A DNA stretch of 64,000 bases from Malacoraja senta (taxonomy: Eukaryota): assembly GCA_038087875.1 (NCBI GenBank), contig CM075987.1:23438001-23502000 (forward strand), in the 5' to 3' direction. This document shows, piece after piece, positions 12,754-26,657 of the stretch. The position numbers were made by a program, and so were the translations under genes. The stretch's first letter is position 1; every line of letters begins with the position of its first letter. The notes under the pieces are model-generated. The model ran no database searches. It worked only from the letters and a program-made list of their open reading frames with translations, and was not told the DNA's origin.

Positions 12754-13050
12754 GTGAGTCACATGTTCCAAAGCCCCAAGCACGCACACTGGTGCTGGGG
12801 ACATTATTTATTTGTTATTTTTTTTGTTTTTTGTCGTCTCTCTGTTGTATTGTTCTCACCATATTTCCAACCGCATACTTGTCAAATCAGTAACACGTGT
12901 GGCGTTTTGGGGGTTCCTCTGCTGCAGGAATGTGTCAAAGCTCCGTCTCTCTTGTTTTAATAATGTGCGGGGGCCCCATTGTGTGCGCGCTCCCTCTGTT
13001 GGCCGCTGCCTGATGCCTGCCCTTCTCTCTCTCTCTCTGTGTCTATACAG

Positions 13051-13113
13051 GGTGTATCAGGGTATCCAGGCCCTTCTGGACCGCCAGGGCCAGTTGGTGA
13101 TCCAGGCTACAGG
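13051..13113 (+). CDS. Type V/XI procollagen Gly-X-Y exon (63 bp)
   Basis: (ct)n...atacag|GGT...AGG|gtgagt. Reads GVSGYPGPSGPPGPVGDPGYR, seven perfect Gly-X-Y triplets. Confidence 0.95.
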
Positions 13114-14420
13114 GTGAGTGCGACTGTTTGATGCTCCACTAACGCTCCGCGATTCATCTGTGGGATTGCGTCCAAAACTCCCGAGGCAATTAAATTGATT
13201 GCGAGTTCCAGCCTGTTCTCATTTGGAGCGAGGATTTATATATTTAAAAACTTTGGGTGGGGGGGGAAACTGCCAGAATCCTACAACAGCCCAGAGATTG
13301 CATTTGAGATCTCGAGCTTTCAAACAACTGGATATGATTATTTTATCTTTTTTTCCCACCTCTTCTTAGAGGGGAACCCTGATTGGATTGGGGTGGGGGG
13401 TAGGGGAGGGGAGGGGGGGGGGGAGGTGAGGCAAGGGATGGGTTAGGTTAGGGGCAGTGGGAGGGTCAAGGGTTAAGGGTCAAGAGTGTTTTATTGTTGT
13501 ATGTCCCAGATAGAACAATGATATTATACGTCAACATAGTACACTGGGAACAATATGATAAACAGAGAGAGGAAAAACCAGTGGGAGGAGCGGAGAGCTG
13601 GGTTAGGGGTGGAAGGGAGGGGCGGTGGTGGGTGGGGGGGGGTGGATGGATGGAGTGCGGGGTGTGAGGGGAGGAGGAGTGGGAAGGAGGAAGGGGAGAG
13701 GCCGCTTGGGTCGGGGGAGAGGAAGGGGTGGGGGGTGGGGGGGAGGGGGGGGAAGGGAGAAGGAGAGGCTGTTGGAGCAGAGGGTGGATGAATAGAGAGC
13801 GGGGCTAGTGGGGTAAGAAGTGGAAGAGAGCTTGCGGGTTGTGGAGAAGACAGCACAGTGTGGGAACAGGCCCTTGTTGGCCCACTACGACCGTGCCGAA
13901 CTTGATGTCAACACTAAAAATCATCTCCTCTGCCCGCACGTGATCCATATCCCTCAACAGCCTCCATCTCCATGTGCCTATCCAAACACCACTATCATAT
14001 CTGCCTCCACCACCACCCCTGGCAGTACGTTCCAGACGCCCACCACCCTCTGTGAAAACAACACCCCCCCCCCTATAAACCTGCCCCCCCCACACTTTTA
14101 CAGCTATGCCCTCTAATCTTTGACATCTCCACCCTGGGGATAAAGGGAGGAGAAGGGAAAGATGGAGGAGGTGGGGGGGGGGGGGGGGTGGTCTGACCAT
14201 CTGATACAGTTTCTAAAGCTCGGTCCCTCATCCCTTCCCTGCGATGAGACTGCGGGCAGCCCCGGGATGAAGTATAGTGTGGGAGGGTGTGAATTGGCAC
14301 CAGTTGGCCGGTGATGTGTCATGTGCGGTAACCTGGTCAGTGTGGGCTGCCCAGTCCCGTTCCTTCACTGCCCCCCCTTTTGTAAGATGCTCAGAGGGCA
14401 GTAGGTTCCCTCTGCCTCCC

Positions 14421-14620
14421 NNNNNNNNNNNNNNNNNNNNNNNNNNNNNNNNNNNNNNNNNNNNNNNNNNNNNNNNNNNNNNNNNNNNNNNNNNNNNNNN
14501 NNNNNNNNNNNNNNNNNNNNNNNNNNNNNNNNNNNNNNNNNNNNNNNNNNNNNNNNNNNNNNNNNNNNNNNNNNNNNNNNNNNNNNNNNNNNNNNNNNNN
14601 NNNNNNNNNNNNNNNNNNNN
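14421..14620. other. Assembly gap (200 N)
   Basis: Run of exactly 200 n, typical of a fixed-size scaffolding join. Confidence 0.99.
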
Positions 14621-14679
14621 TCCAGAGATGCTGCCTGTCCCGCTGAGTTACTCCAGCTTTTTGTGTCTATCTTCAGATG

Positions 14680-14955
14680 AAGGCATTCAGTTTTGGTCAC
14701 CATGTTATAAGAAAGATGTTGTCAAGCTGGAAAAGGGTGCAGAGAAGATTTATGAGGCTGATGCCAGATCTCGAGGGCCTGGGCTATTGGGAGCGGTTGA
14801 GCAGGATAGGACTTTATTCCTTGGAGCGCAGGAGGATGAGGGGCGATCCTATAGGGGTGTACAAAATCATGAGAGGAATAGATCAGACAAATGCACAGAC
14901 TCTCTTGCCCAGAGTAGGGGAAATCGGGAATCAGAGGACCTAGGTTTAAGGTGAC
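14680..14955 (+). mobile_element. CR1 LINE fragment
   Basis: QFWSP..KKD..KLE / RVQRRF...GLYSLERRRMRGD motifs. Confidence 0.85.
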
Positions 14956-15009
14956 AGTGTGAAGAGATGTGTAGTGAACACTCGCCTCCACTCATGCCCA
15001 TGACACTCA

Positions 15010-15890
15010 CTCAATTCAATTCTCAACTCAATTCAATTTATTTGTCTTTTTTGGACAAATTTGTCATTTGGACCCCTTGAGGTCCAAACAAAATGTCGTT
15101 TCTGCAGCCATACAATACAAAACGAAGAAGACCCGAGACACAACACAATTTACACATACATCCATCACAACGCTGTGATGGAAGGCAAAAACACGTATCT
15201 CTCCACTGCACTCCCCCCCCCGATGTCAGAGTCAAAGTCAAAGCCCCCGGCGGGCGATGGTGATTGTCCCGCAGCCATTAAAGCCACGCGGGTGATGCAA
15301 GGTCGCGCACCGGGTCTTGGTGTTAGAGCCCCGGCGTGCGCCCGCAAAGTCCGGTGGCCATTCCAAGCCGCGCGGGGGGACGATGTAAAGCCCCGCTCCA
15401 GGTGCTCTTCAACCCCGCAACTCGGGCGGGAGAAGTCGCCGCTGCGGAAGCCCCGAAAAGCGGTCTCCCACCAGGGGACCCGCGGGCTTCCAGTGTTGCC
15501 GTCCGCCAGACCCGCGGTTGTAGCCTCCGAATCTCCGGCGGTCGGGTAGCAGCAGCGATTGTCTCCACCACAGCTCCACCCGCTCCGGACTTGGCCAGCC
15601 CGCGACGTGAGTAGTCCGCAGCTCCACAACTGGAGCCCCAGGTCGTTCCTGCTGGAGCCGCTCCACGTTGCCCAGCCCCAACGACAACGGACACCCGACA
15701 AAGAAAAGGTCGGGTCTCCCGTGCAGGGGAAAGATTTCAAAGTTTCCCCCCCCACACCCCCACCCCCACCCCCCCCACACACATACCCCGACAAAAAAAA
15801 ATAATAAAAAACTACATAAAAACAAGACAAAAATAATAAAAAGACAGACGGACTGCAGAGGCCGCTGCAGACGAGAGTCGCGCCGCCCAC
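15010..15890 (-). mobile_element. Unclassified CpG-rich repeat, probably a young retroposon
   Basis: An (AATTC)-type tail and TTTATT at the left end resemble a minus-strand retroposon 3' end. The GC/CpG-rich body encodes no recognisable protein. Confidence 0.35.
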
Positions 15891-16170
15891 CAAGTGTAAA
15901 CATGAAACAAAACCCTTTACATTATGATCCTGACTATGTGTGCTATCTCCCACACCACAAAGATGTACAGGTTTGTAGGGTCATTGGCTTCTGTACATTG
16001 TCCCTAATGTGTAGGACAGGCTTGGTGTAAGGGGTGATCGCTGGTCAACGGGGACTCAGTGAGCCAAAGGCCCTTATTTCCAAAATCGAAGGGGTCTCGA
16101 CCCGAAACAACACATATCAATGTTCTCTAGAGATGCTGCCTGACCCGCTGAGTTACTCCAGCGCTGTGTC

Positions 16171-16911
16171 GGGGCTGTCCCACTTGGGCGACCTAATCCG
16201 CAAGTTAAGAAGAGTGTCCTCGACCTTCAAACTCGAGGGCACTCGCCTGGAAAGCCTCGAGCTGGATCGACCGTCTGCGTTGAAACCGCGAGCTGGATCG
16301 ACCGACCGCACACACACACACACACATCACAAAGGCGGGGGCCAGGGAAAGCGGGGGAGCGCTGTCTGAAATTCACGCCCGCGATGAAGAGAAAGGTAAA
16401 CGGCTGCCACAGTGTACGGTAAGTCCTTTAGAGAGTGCGGGGGGGGGGGAGGGGGAGAGAGAAGGGGAGAGATGGGGAGAGAAGGGAAGAGAAGGAGTGG
16501 AGACACTTTTAAGAAGTATAATAAAGTTTAGCGGGCATTTTACCTACCGGTCTGTTTTCCTTGATCTTGAAAACGCCAATGAGCCAATTAAAATGCCCGG
16601 TCAGCGAAGGAGATTGCCTACGGCTGCCCTCGACTGCCTGTAACTACATAGCGACCCCACTCCACTGCACTACGAGTTCAAAAAGAACCATGCCCAACAA
16701 ATTTTACTCGCGGAACATTTTTCAACATGCTGAAAAATGTCCGGCAACCTAGCTGAGGCCACGAGTATTTGGGAACTTCCCTCGAGCATGAAGGAGAGTT
16801 CCAGAGACCTCATAGGACCTCCTAGGACCACGTGTCGACCATGCTGCGAGTTTGAAGGTCGAAGACACTCTTCTAAACTCGCGGATTAGGTCGCCCAAGT
16901 GGGACAGCCCC
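16171..16911. mobile_element. Non-autonomous TIR element, PIF/Harbinger-like
   Basis: ~65-bp inverted termini GGGGCTGTCCCACTTGGGCGACCTAATCCGC...GCGGATTAGGTCGCCCAAGTGGGACAGCCCC, right end followed by TTTA. No transposase. Superfamily inferred from GGGC ends and a TTA target. Confidence 0.8.
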
Positions 16912-17174
16912 TTTATTGAGACATTGAGACATTGCAGACCTTTCAGTTCTGCACCGTGGGAGGCAGTACAATAAAATATTAACTGAATACTCTCACTTGC
17001 CCTCTTGGGAGCATGAAACAGTCCCTGGATCTGTCGCAAAGAACTTGGGAAGTTCTCCCAGTTTTTTTTTAATTAAAAAAAAAAACTTTATTCAGAATTT
17101 TTAAATATACACAAAAAACTGTGCAAATACTCTTCACGTCGATCCGCACATCATCCCTGGGGAATCTTTAGATT

Positions 17175-17415
17175 AGTTTAGCAATACAGCGCGGAAACAG
17201 ACCAGCAGTCCCTGCATATTAACACTATCCTACACACACACACATTTAACAAGCCAATGAACCTACAAACCGGTACGTCTTTGGAGTGTGGGAGGAAACC
17301 GAAGATCTCGGAGAAAATCAGGGGGAGAAGGTACAAACTACCGTACAGACAGCACCCGTAGTCGGGATCGAACCCGGGTTCTCTGTAGGGCAGCAACTCT
17401 ACCGCTGCACCGCCT
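17175..17415 (-). mobile_element. tRNA-derived SINE (HE1/V-SINE type)
   Basis: Same consensus, reverse strand. Confidence 0.8.
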
Positions 17416-18569
17416 TAATCTAGTGGTTATCCCGTGGCCAAATGGCTCCCCCTGTTACGTGAGTACATTTCACAAAGTTCTTCACCAGAGGAAATGCTGA
17501 CTTCATGCTAATCTCTTTAAGGAGCTGGTGGTTTTTTTTTAAATAAAAGGTCAGCACATTCTGACACCTGGGAGTATTACGCAGAAGTTCGCAGTAGTTC
17601 GCTCTGCAGCTCTGCCCATCGCACCAAATGGCTGCTTTGCCACGCCAAGCAACCTGCCAAGCGACTGATGTTCCCCACTGCTTATAACCCAGTCATTAAC
17701 ATTTCGAATGACACTGAAGTACAATGAGAGCGAAATGTGCAGACAGTATGTTGGACTCGGCCACTGTGACTGCACCATCCCAGAGCTCCAGCTGCCAAAT
17801 TGCTGGAAGGCAGTAATTTTTTATTCTAGTGCTGTTCGAGGCAACATCAAGGAGCTGGCAGGGAGCAGGAATGGTTGACTTTCTCATTCTGCCATTCCAT
17901 TCCTCCAAATCCTGTTCTGTACATTGTAGCCCCAGGGAAATTTAATAAATGTTTAGAGGAGACAGGAATATGCAAACAGCATCTTATGTAAGAGTCAACT
18001 TGGAGCGGAGCAGCTGGTGCTAACCAAGCCCAGTGGTAACGGAGCCTACAAGGTTCGCCTGAGCTGAAGGGAGCTGGCGTTTGATGCTTTCAACACGAAA
18101 TGTTTGCTGCTGCCGCCTGTTCTGCACTGATGGTCAAGCAGGGTCATTGTACACAATGACTCTTATACTCTCACCCTCAACAACACCTCAATCGTTGCAT
18201 GGAGAGAGAAGGAAAACACTGCAAGTAATCACAGGCAAATCAGCTGCAAAAGAGATTAACTGTCTCAATGCTAGTACTGGAGTCGTAGGGTGATACAGCG
18301 TGGAAACTGGCCCAACTAGCCCACACCAGCCAACATGTCCCAGCTACACTAGTCCCACCTGGGCCCATATCCCTACAAACCTGTCCTGTCCATGTACCTG
18401 TCTAACTGTTTCTTGAATGTCAGGATAGTTCCAGCCTCAACTACCTCCTCTGGCAGCTTGTTTCATACACCCACCACCCTTTGTGTGAAAAAGTTACCCC
18501 TCAGATTCCTATTAACTACTGGCCTGACAAAAAAAAGTTGCCATTCTAAGTTTATTTTATTTTAAGTGC

Positions 18570-19100
18570 AGTGTACAGCTTTCTGTTGCGTGCTAGCCAG
18601 CCAGCGGAAAGGCTACATATGATTACAATCGAGCCATCCACAGTGTACAGATTCGTGGTAAAGGGATAATGTTTAATGCAAGATAAAGTCCAGTTTAAGA
18701 CAGTCTGACAGTCTCCAATGAGGAAGATAGTGGCTCAGGACCACTCTCTAGATGTTGGTAGGATGCTTCATTCGCCTGATAACAGCTGGGAAGAATCTGT
18801 CCCAGAATCTGGAGCAGTGCAGTTTCACACTTCTATGCCAATTGCCTGATGGGAGAGGGAGTGACGGATTGAGACCGGTCCTTGATTATGCTGCTGGTCT
18901 TGCTGAGGCAGCACGAGATGTAAAGGGAATCAATGGAAGGGAGGTTGGTTTGTGTGATGGTCTGGGCTGCATCCACAACTCTCTACAATTTCTTGTGGTC
19001 TCGGATGGAGCTGTTCCCAAACCATGCTTCCCGATAAAATGCTTGCAACGGTGCATCTGTAGAAGTTGGTGAGAGTTGTCGGGGTCATGCCGAACCTCCT
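18570..19100 (-). mobile_element. Rex1/Babar-like LINE 3' fragment
   Basis: Reverse complement of the same family. Other copies at about 23520-23810, 28040-28160/29020-29120, 30375-30730 and 31880-32260. Confidence 0.7.
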
Positions 19101-19439
19101 CAGCCCTCCAAGGCCATTTCCTTCTGGTTTCAGTCTTGGTCAAGAGGGAATGGTTCAAGTATTCCAACCCATCCCTGGAGATTGTAGCCTCTTGTACATC
19201 GGTGAGACCAAGCGTAGACTCGACGACCGTTTTCCTGAACTCCTGCGCTCAGTCTGCTGAGGGCTACAGGATCTCCGGTTGCTACCATTTTGCCAAACCT
19301 GCTGAGTTACTCCAGCACTTTGTGCCTAATAAAACAGCATCTGCAGTTCCTTGTATCAACATTAACCTCTATCACCACTAACTGTTCCCATTCACAAATT
19401 TGACACAAAGACCCTTACATCTCAACCTCAGGAGGGTGT

Positions 19440-21070
19440 ATAGTGAGAGCTAAACAATTTAATAGGATTCTGAGGAGTAGCTTTTTCATTAATAGGTTGG
19501 TGGTGATATGGAATGAGCTGCCAGAGGAGGTAGTTGAGGCAGGTACTATAACAGCCTATGAAAGACACTTGGACATGTACATGTAGAGGAAAGGTTTAGA
19601 GTGATACGGGCCAAGTGTGAGACTGGATCAGATGGGACATCTTAGTCGGCCTGGACAAGTTGAGCCGAAGGGCCCCTGTTTCCATGCAATGACTCTCTAA
19701 CCCATGGCAACCCTGTTCTAATCCTATCGTAGATATCTCCTTGTCTTTTCCATCCTTCCCACCAAATGCTGAGAACTATAGACATAGAAACATAGAAAAT
19801 AGGTGCAGGAGTAGGCCATTCGGCCCTTCGTGCCTGCACCGCCATTCAATATGATCATGGCTGGTCATCCAACTCAGTATCCTGTACCTGCCTTCTCTCC
19901 ATACCCCATGATCCCTTTAGACACAAGGGCCACATCTAACTCCCTCTTAAATATAGCCAATGAACTGGCCTCAACTACCTTCTGTGGCAGAGAATTCCCC
20001 ACTCTCTGTGTAAAAAAATGATTTTTTCTCATCTCGGTCCTAAAAGACTTCCCCCTTATCCTTAAACTGTGACCCCTTGTTCTGGACTTCCCCAACATCG
20101 GGAATAATCTTCCTGCATCTAGCCTGTCCAACCCCTTAAGAATTTTGTAAGTATCCTGCACTCTGATATCTTTCTCTTCGCTCCACTGTTTGTGATTGGG
20201 TTGATTGCATTTGTGGATGATATTATCTGACTTTTCATTGTACCTTGGAATATGTGACGATAAGATCATAAGTGATAGCAGAAGAATTATGCCATTCGGC
20301 CCATCAAGTCTATTCCGCCCTTCAATCAAGGCTGATCCACCTCTCCCGCCTAACCCCATTCTCCTGCCTTCTCCCATGACCTCTGACACCTGGACTAATC
20401 GAGAATCTATCTATCTCTTAGACAGATAAGGTAGAGATTCCTCCACAGCCTTATGTGGTAAATAATTCCACAGATTCACCACCCTCTGACTAAAGAAATT
20501 CCTCCTCGTCTCCTTCCTTTAATTCTGAGGCTGTGACCTCTGGTCCTAGACTCTCCCACTAGTGGAAACATCCTCTCCACATCCACTCTAACCAACCCTC
20601 TCACTATTCTGTACGTTTCAATGAGGTCCTCCCTCATTCTAAACTCCAGCGCTCATCATATGTTAACCTATTAATTCCTGGGATCTTTCTTGTAAACCTC
20701 CTCTGGACCCTCTCCAGAGCCAGCACATCCTTCCTCAGATAACAATAAACCTAATCTTAAACCTTCTCTATAACTTAAATCCACCTTTCTCATGCTCATG
20801 CTGTTAAGTGATAGGAGCAGAATTAGGCCATTCAGCCCATCGAGACTTCTCCTCCATCCAATCGTGGCTGATGCATCTTCCCCAGATCAATCCCATTCTC
20901 CCCATAACCCCTGACACCCGCACTAATCAACAATCTATCTATCTCTGCCTTCAAAATATCCATTGACTTGACATCCACAGCCTTCTGTGGCAACGAACTC
21001 CACAGATTCACCACCCAATTACTAAAGAAATTCCTCCTCCTTTCCTTCCGAAAGGTACGTCCTTTTATTG
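19440..21070. mobile_element. Cluster of four CR1 3' fragments (one +, three -)
   Basis: Repeated RTRGHSLRI / VVNLWNSLP motifs and CR1 tails at about 19440-19700, 19780-20150, 20265-20740 and 20805-21070. Confidence 0.8.
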
Positions 21071-21879
21071 TTTTATTCACTTTTTCCCCACATAGATGTG
21101 TCTTTCACATTTCAGAAAAGAAACTGCATGAAACGTTGACCTTGTTTCTCTTTCCACAGATACTGGCTGAACGGCTGTGCTTTCCTGCTTTGACTTTGTG
21201 AATTGAAGCCCCTTGTTGTGGGAAGCTTGATCCCACCATGTCTCCTCCGCTCATTGCTTCAGCTATCACCCAGGCTCCACAGATCTTGCTGTTGGGTTTG
21301 CTTGCTCGACTGGAAGCAATATAATTTTTTTTTTTTAATTCAACTTCATAACCAAAGTGCTTGTTATGGGAGTTGGCTGTGGATGTTCCAGCACATGTGG
21401 ATCCTCAGCTGCGGACCCTGGTGGGCTTCAAGCACTTGGAAGGCACTAGGGTCAGATGTCTTCATTTTCGTTGCCATAATTGGTTCCAGATGAAGATCCA
21501 CGAAGGCAGAATTTATTTAAATGCATTTGTGTTTTTAATTTGAAGCTGTACCTCCACTGGTCTCTGGGAAGCAACGGCACCAGATTTATCGTCAGTTAGC
21601 ACACGTTATGATTTTCAGGGCACGGGACAGTAGGAGGTGGCTCTGGCTCTCTCTCGGCACCTGTCATGCTGGGTCTGGGTCAGGATGTTTGCTTCGATCC
21701 TAGCTCGGGATGGAACAACGTGATATTGGCTCACACCTCAGACCGACGATGGTGAAAAGCTGCACGCCCGAGCGTTCGCCTCCAAACCTCCCCTGTGAAG
21801 GACACATCGAAGGCAGGAAGGAGGCTTTTCCCACTAGGGGACCACCGAGAAAAAATGTTTCAATTCCACAACTGCCAGG

Positions 21880-22200
21880 GGACGGTGACGCAGCGGTAGA
21901 GTTGCTGCCTAACAGCGCTTGCAGCGCCGGGGACCCGGGCACGATCCCGTCCACGGGTGCTGTCTGTACGGAGTTTGTACGTTCTCCCGCTAACCGCGTG
22001 GGTTTTCTCCGAGATCTTCGGTTTCCTCCCACACTCCAAAGATCTACAGGTTTCTAGATTTAATTGGCCTTGATATAAATGAATATTGTCCCTAGTGCGT
22101 AAAGGATAGTGTTAATGTGTGGGGGTCGTTGGTTGGTGCGGACTCGGTGGGCCGAAGGGCCTGTTTCCGCGCTGTATCTCTGAACTAAACCAAACTAAAG
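21880..22200 (+). mobile_element. tRNA-derived SINE (HE1/V-SINE type)
   Basis: Full-length copy. Confidence 0.88.
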
Positions 22201-22709
22201 TAAACTGGATTAACCTGTTCCTTCCGACTCTGCCCCCACACATGGCTGAGATCCATATGTGTAGGAAGGTTTACACTGAAGATAGACACAAAATGCTGGA
22301 GTAACTCAGCGGGACATTGACACAATAGACCCCTGCCCACTTGTGTGCCTTAATAATAAATGGGTTTAAGATCAGTGTCTGTTCCCATTCTGTGAATGAG
22401 AGGCGTTGCAGATCGGATGGTAAATGGAATTAGAAATGGACAGGGATGGATTCGGCACCTTCTCTCTCACTGGTCCAGGAGGTCCTAAGGCATTTCAATG
22501 TCTCCCCGAATGATGACAATATCAATCGAGCCTCTGGCCTGGTCCTGGTGATGCTGGCAGCACACCGTGCCACACTGCCCACTCGCACCAGCCGCTTGGC
22601 ATCGATGGAAGGTCAGCATGGGGAGCCAGTGTCACCGTGGCCCTCCACACCAGCCCAGCATGGCAAGAGTTTCCCTGGCAACCCTGGTGGTTTTACAATA
22701 CTCCAACTT

Positions 22710-23355
22710 ATAGACAATCGACAACAGACAATAGGTGCAGGAGTAGGCCATTCGGCCCTTCGAGCCAGCACCGCCATTCAATGTGATCATGGCTGATCAT
22801 CCCCAATCAGTACCCCGTTCCTGCCTTCTCCCCATATCCCCTGACACCGCTATTTTTAAGAGCCCTATCTAGCTCTCTCTTGAAAGCATCCAGAGAACCT
22901 GCCTCCACCGCCCTCCGAGGCAGAGAATTCCACAGACTCACCACTCTCTGTGAGCAAAAGTGTCTCCGTTCTAAATGGCTTACTCCTTATTCTTAAACTG
23001 TGGCCCCTGGTTCTGAACTCCCCGAACATCGGGAACATGTTTCCTGCCTCTAGCGTGTCCAAGCCCTTAACAATCTTATATGTTTCAATGAGATTCCCTC
23101 TCATCCTTCTAAACTCCAGAGTGTACAAGCCCAGCTGCTCCATTCTCTCAGCATATGACAGTCCCGCCATCCCGGGAATTAACCTTGTAAACCTACGCTG
23201 CACTCCCTCAATAGCAAGAATGTCCTTCCTCAAATTAGGGGACCAAAACTGTACACGATACTCCAGGTGTGGTCTCACTAGGGCCCTGTACAACTGCAGA
23301 AGGACCTCTTTGCTCCTATATTCGATTCCTCTTGTTATAAAGGCCAACATGCCAT
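22710..23355 (-). mobile_element. CR1 LINE 3' fragment, young
   Basis: ORF 22865-23350: LYRALVRPHLEYRVQFWSP...VQRRFTRLIPG...RRMRGNLIETYKI. Tail of (TATTGTC) repeats. Confidence 0.92.
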
Positions 23356-24519
23356 TGTTCTGGGGATTAGTTGATCTGATTCTAATATACTGATGACCAG
23401 TTTCTGGCTGTTTACAGCTTGCCCCAAAGAGATTGTAAACTCACAAGTTCCTGGTTGCCTGCTCGACATGATCACCTGCCAGCCAACGTCATGCCACCCG
23501 TCATCCCAGGTACTCTTGAGTTGAGTTTAGTTTATTGCCACGTGTACCGAGGTACAGCGAAAAGCATTGGTTGCGTGCTAACCAGTCAGCGGTAAGACAT
23601 TACAATCGAGCCCACCACAGTGTACAGATGCACGATGAAGGGAATAACATGGATAACGTGTATTGCAATATAAAGTCTGATCAAAGATAGTCCGAGTGTC
23701 TCCAATGAGGTAGATAGCAGCTCAGGGCTGTTCTCCAGTTGTTGGTAGGATGGTTCAGTTGCCTGATAACAGCTGGGATGAAACTGTCCCAGGATCTGGA
23801 GATGTGACGTTTCAAGTCAATCGGAGAAGGTCTCCAACCCGAAATGTCACCTATCAAGTCAAGAGACCTTATTGTCATGTGTCCCAGATAGGACAATGAA
23901 ATTCTTGCTTTGTTTCAGCACCTATCCATGTTCTGCAGTGATGTTGCCCAGATCACTGAGTTACTCCAGCACTTTTTGTCTTTCCATGGTAAACCAGCAT
24001 CTGCAGGTCCTTGCTTCTATGCGGAGTCAGGGGATATGGGGAGAAGGCAGGAACGGGGTACTGATTGGGGATGATCAGCCATGATCACATTGAATGGCGG
24101 TGCTGGCTCGAAGGGCCGAATGGCCTACTCCTGCACCTATTGTCTATTGTCTATTGTCTATATTTTGTTGCTTGCCCCTGCTGGGTTCCTGAGGGCTTTT
24201 GTTTTCTGCTGTGACTCATTCCTGCGATGAACATATCACGGGCACATTTTCCACAAGGAAATCCCGTTGGCTCCTTGGAACTACAGCAGAAAGGTTAGAG
24301 AATTCCCAGGATAAGGCTTAATCAACGACGACACCACGCCGTGTCCAGCACTTGTCTGATGAATGATTCTAGCACATCTGGAATGCAAAATGTGTTCGAG
24401 AACTGGTTCCAAAAGGACACGGAGTCATCGTCAAATTTGCCCTTCATCCAGACAGTTTCACACTCAGTCATAACTAAATAACAAGGACGAAAAATGGTAA
24501 ACACTGAACAGGGGAGCAA

Positions 24520-24950
24520 ATGTTTCAGAAGGAACTGCAGATGCTGGAAAATCGAAGGTAGACAAAAATGCTGGTGAAACTCAGCGGGTGAGGCAGCATC
24601 TACAGAGCGAAGGAAATAGGCGACGTTTCGGGTCAAAACCTTTCTTCAGACTGATGTGAGGGGGGGGGGGGAGGAAGAAAGGAAGAGGTGGAGCCAGTGG
24701 GCTGAGGGAGAGCTGAGAAGGGGAGGAGAAAGTCGGGACTACCTGAAATTAGAGAAGTCAGTGTTCATACCGTTGGGGTGCAAACTGCCCAAGCGAAATA
24801 TGAGGTGCTGCTCCTCCAATTTACGGTGGTCCTCACTCTGGCCAAGGAGGAGGCCCGGGAGAGAAAGGTCGGACTCGGAATGGGAGGGGGAGTTGAAGTG
24901 CTGAGCCACCGGGAGATCAGGTTGGTTATTGCGAACCGAGCGGAGGAGCA
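24520..24950 (-). mobile_element. Penelope-like 3' fragment
   Basis: Minus-strand LRSVRNNQPDLPVAQHFNSPSH...RKLEEQHLIFRLGSLHPNGMN plus terminal repeat. Confidence 0.88.
24620..24652 (-). ncRNA. Minimal hammerhead ribozyme core in Penelope terminal repeat
   Basis: Minus strand AGT-CTGAAGA-A-GGT TTTG ACC-C-GAAA-C-GTC-GC has CUGANGA, stem II, GAAA and a GUC triplet. Minimal hammerheads are an established feature of Penelope-like elements. Confidence 0.6.
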
Positions 24951-24999
24951 AATGTTCACATCAAATTTGCTAGGGGCATCTTTGATGGGTTCGTAGAGA

Positions 25000-25860
25000 G
25001 GGCGAAACGGTGGCGCAACGCTAGAGTTGCTGCCTCACAGCGCCAGAGACCCGGGTTGGATCCTGACCACTGGTACTGTCTGTACGGAGTTTGTACGTTC
25101 TCCCCGTGACCTGCGTGGGTTTTCTCCGAGATCTTCGGTTTGCTCCCACACTGCATAGGCACAAGTCAATTGGCTTGGTATGAAAAATCCCTAGTGTGTG
25201 TAGAATAGTGTTAATATGTAGGGATCGCTGGTCAGCGTTGACTTGGCGGGTCGGAGGGCCTGTCTTCATGCTGTGTCTCTAAAGGAAACCAAACTAAACA
25301 AAGGGGGTCATAAGTGATAGGAGTGTAATGAGGCCATTCGGCCCATCATGTCCACTCATGGCTGATCTATCTCTCCTTCCTAACTCCATTCTTGGAACTC
25401 CATCTTGCACCCATTATTTCCAGTATCTGCTTTAGGAGAGTCCACAGCCAACAGTGTGGGTCCACAGTTAGTCCTCTACCCCCACCCACTCATACAGTTC
25501 AGACGACGACCGGAATAGTCCCCAAGAGATGTCCTTCGATCAAATCCTCTGGGCGGCCAGGTGGCGCAGCGGTAGAGTTGCTGCCTCACAGCGCCAGTGA
25601 CCCAGGTTCGATCCTGGCCACGGGTGCCGTCTGCACGGAGTTTGTACGTTCTCCCCGTGACCACGTGGGTTTTCTCCGGGTGCTCCGGTTTCCTACCCAG
25701 ACTCCAAAGACGTGCGGGGTTTGTAGGTTAATTGGCTTCTGTAAATTGTCCCTAGTGTGTGTGGGATAGAATTTGCGTATGTGTGATCGATGCCCAGTGC
25801 GGACTCGCTGGGCCGAAGGGCCTGTGTCCATGCTGTATCTCTAAACTAAACTAAACTAAA
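25000..25860 (+). mobile_element. Two tRNA-derived SINEs (about 25000-25300 and 25553-25860)
   Basis: A/B boxes, core and (CTAAA)n tails. Confidence 0.88.
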
Positions 25861-26657
25861 AATAAAATGACGCCACAAGTTTGGGGGAAAAGACTGGCAA
25901 GTTTTTAAAAACTACATTTGCAGCTGTAGGTCGCTAGGTTGCAGTTTGCGTTTACGCTTGCATTTTATGACTGCATGTATGCTTGTTAGTTACTGCATAT
26001 ATGTAGTGCATGTCAGTCTACATCTGTGTGACCGTACGTTCCGACAGTTCAGGGAAGCTGGTAGGAAAGAGAGAGTAAGGCTGATATAATACCAATAGAA
26101 ACCAAGTGATGAGTCATTGTAACATGACTTCATGATGTGTCAGAAGTTATGGTTCAAGTACAGGGATGGAAAATCAGCCTACCATTCTTGCCTACCATTC
26201 AAGTATTGCATGGTCAAAGCTCCCGCACAAACTGCTGCTCCCAGGCCAGACTGGAGGCATCAGCCCACGGGGATTTTAGGGAGAGTCTAGACAGCCTTCA
26301 TCAGACAACTGATTAACCCACAAAGACTCTAAACCTGGCCCCTAGCTCTGGGTCTGGATCACTAAGCCTGGATAAACCTCAGATAACAGGCAGCAAATGT
26401 TTTATTTTCCTGTGCCAACCCTTTCACTCAGCCGGTAATCTGTCTGAAGAAGGGTCTCGACCCGAAACATCAGCTGTTCCTTTTCTCCAGAGATGCTGCC
26501 TGACCCGCTGAGTTACTGCAGCTTTGTGTGCCTGTCTATCTTCGGTTTAAAACCAGCATCTGCAGAGTCTTCCCAAACAGTTGTTCCATTCAATCTTTAT
26601 TATGGCGAATACTCACACACACCTCCAGTTGGCACGGTGGCACAGCGGTAGAGTTAT

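Noticed and set aside
15061..15953. Overlapping 120-260 aa ORFs or a CpG-island promoter
   Set aside because: No recognisable domain. GC richness explains the open frames, and the left end looks like a retroposon tail.
22446..22796. 116-aa ORF with GEP/GNPG as a further collagen exon
   Set aside because: No sustained Gly-X-Y periodicity or exon boundaries.
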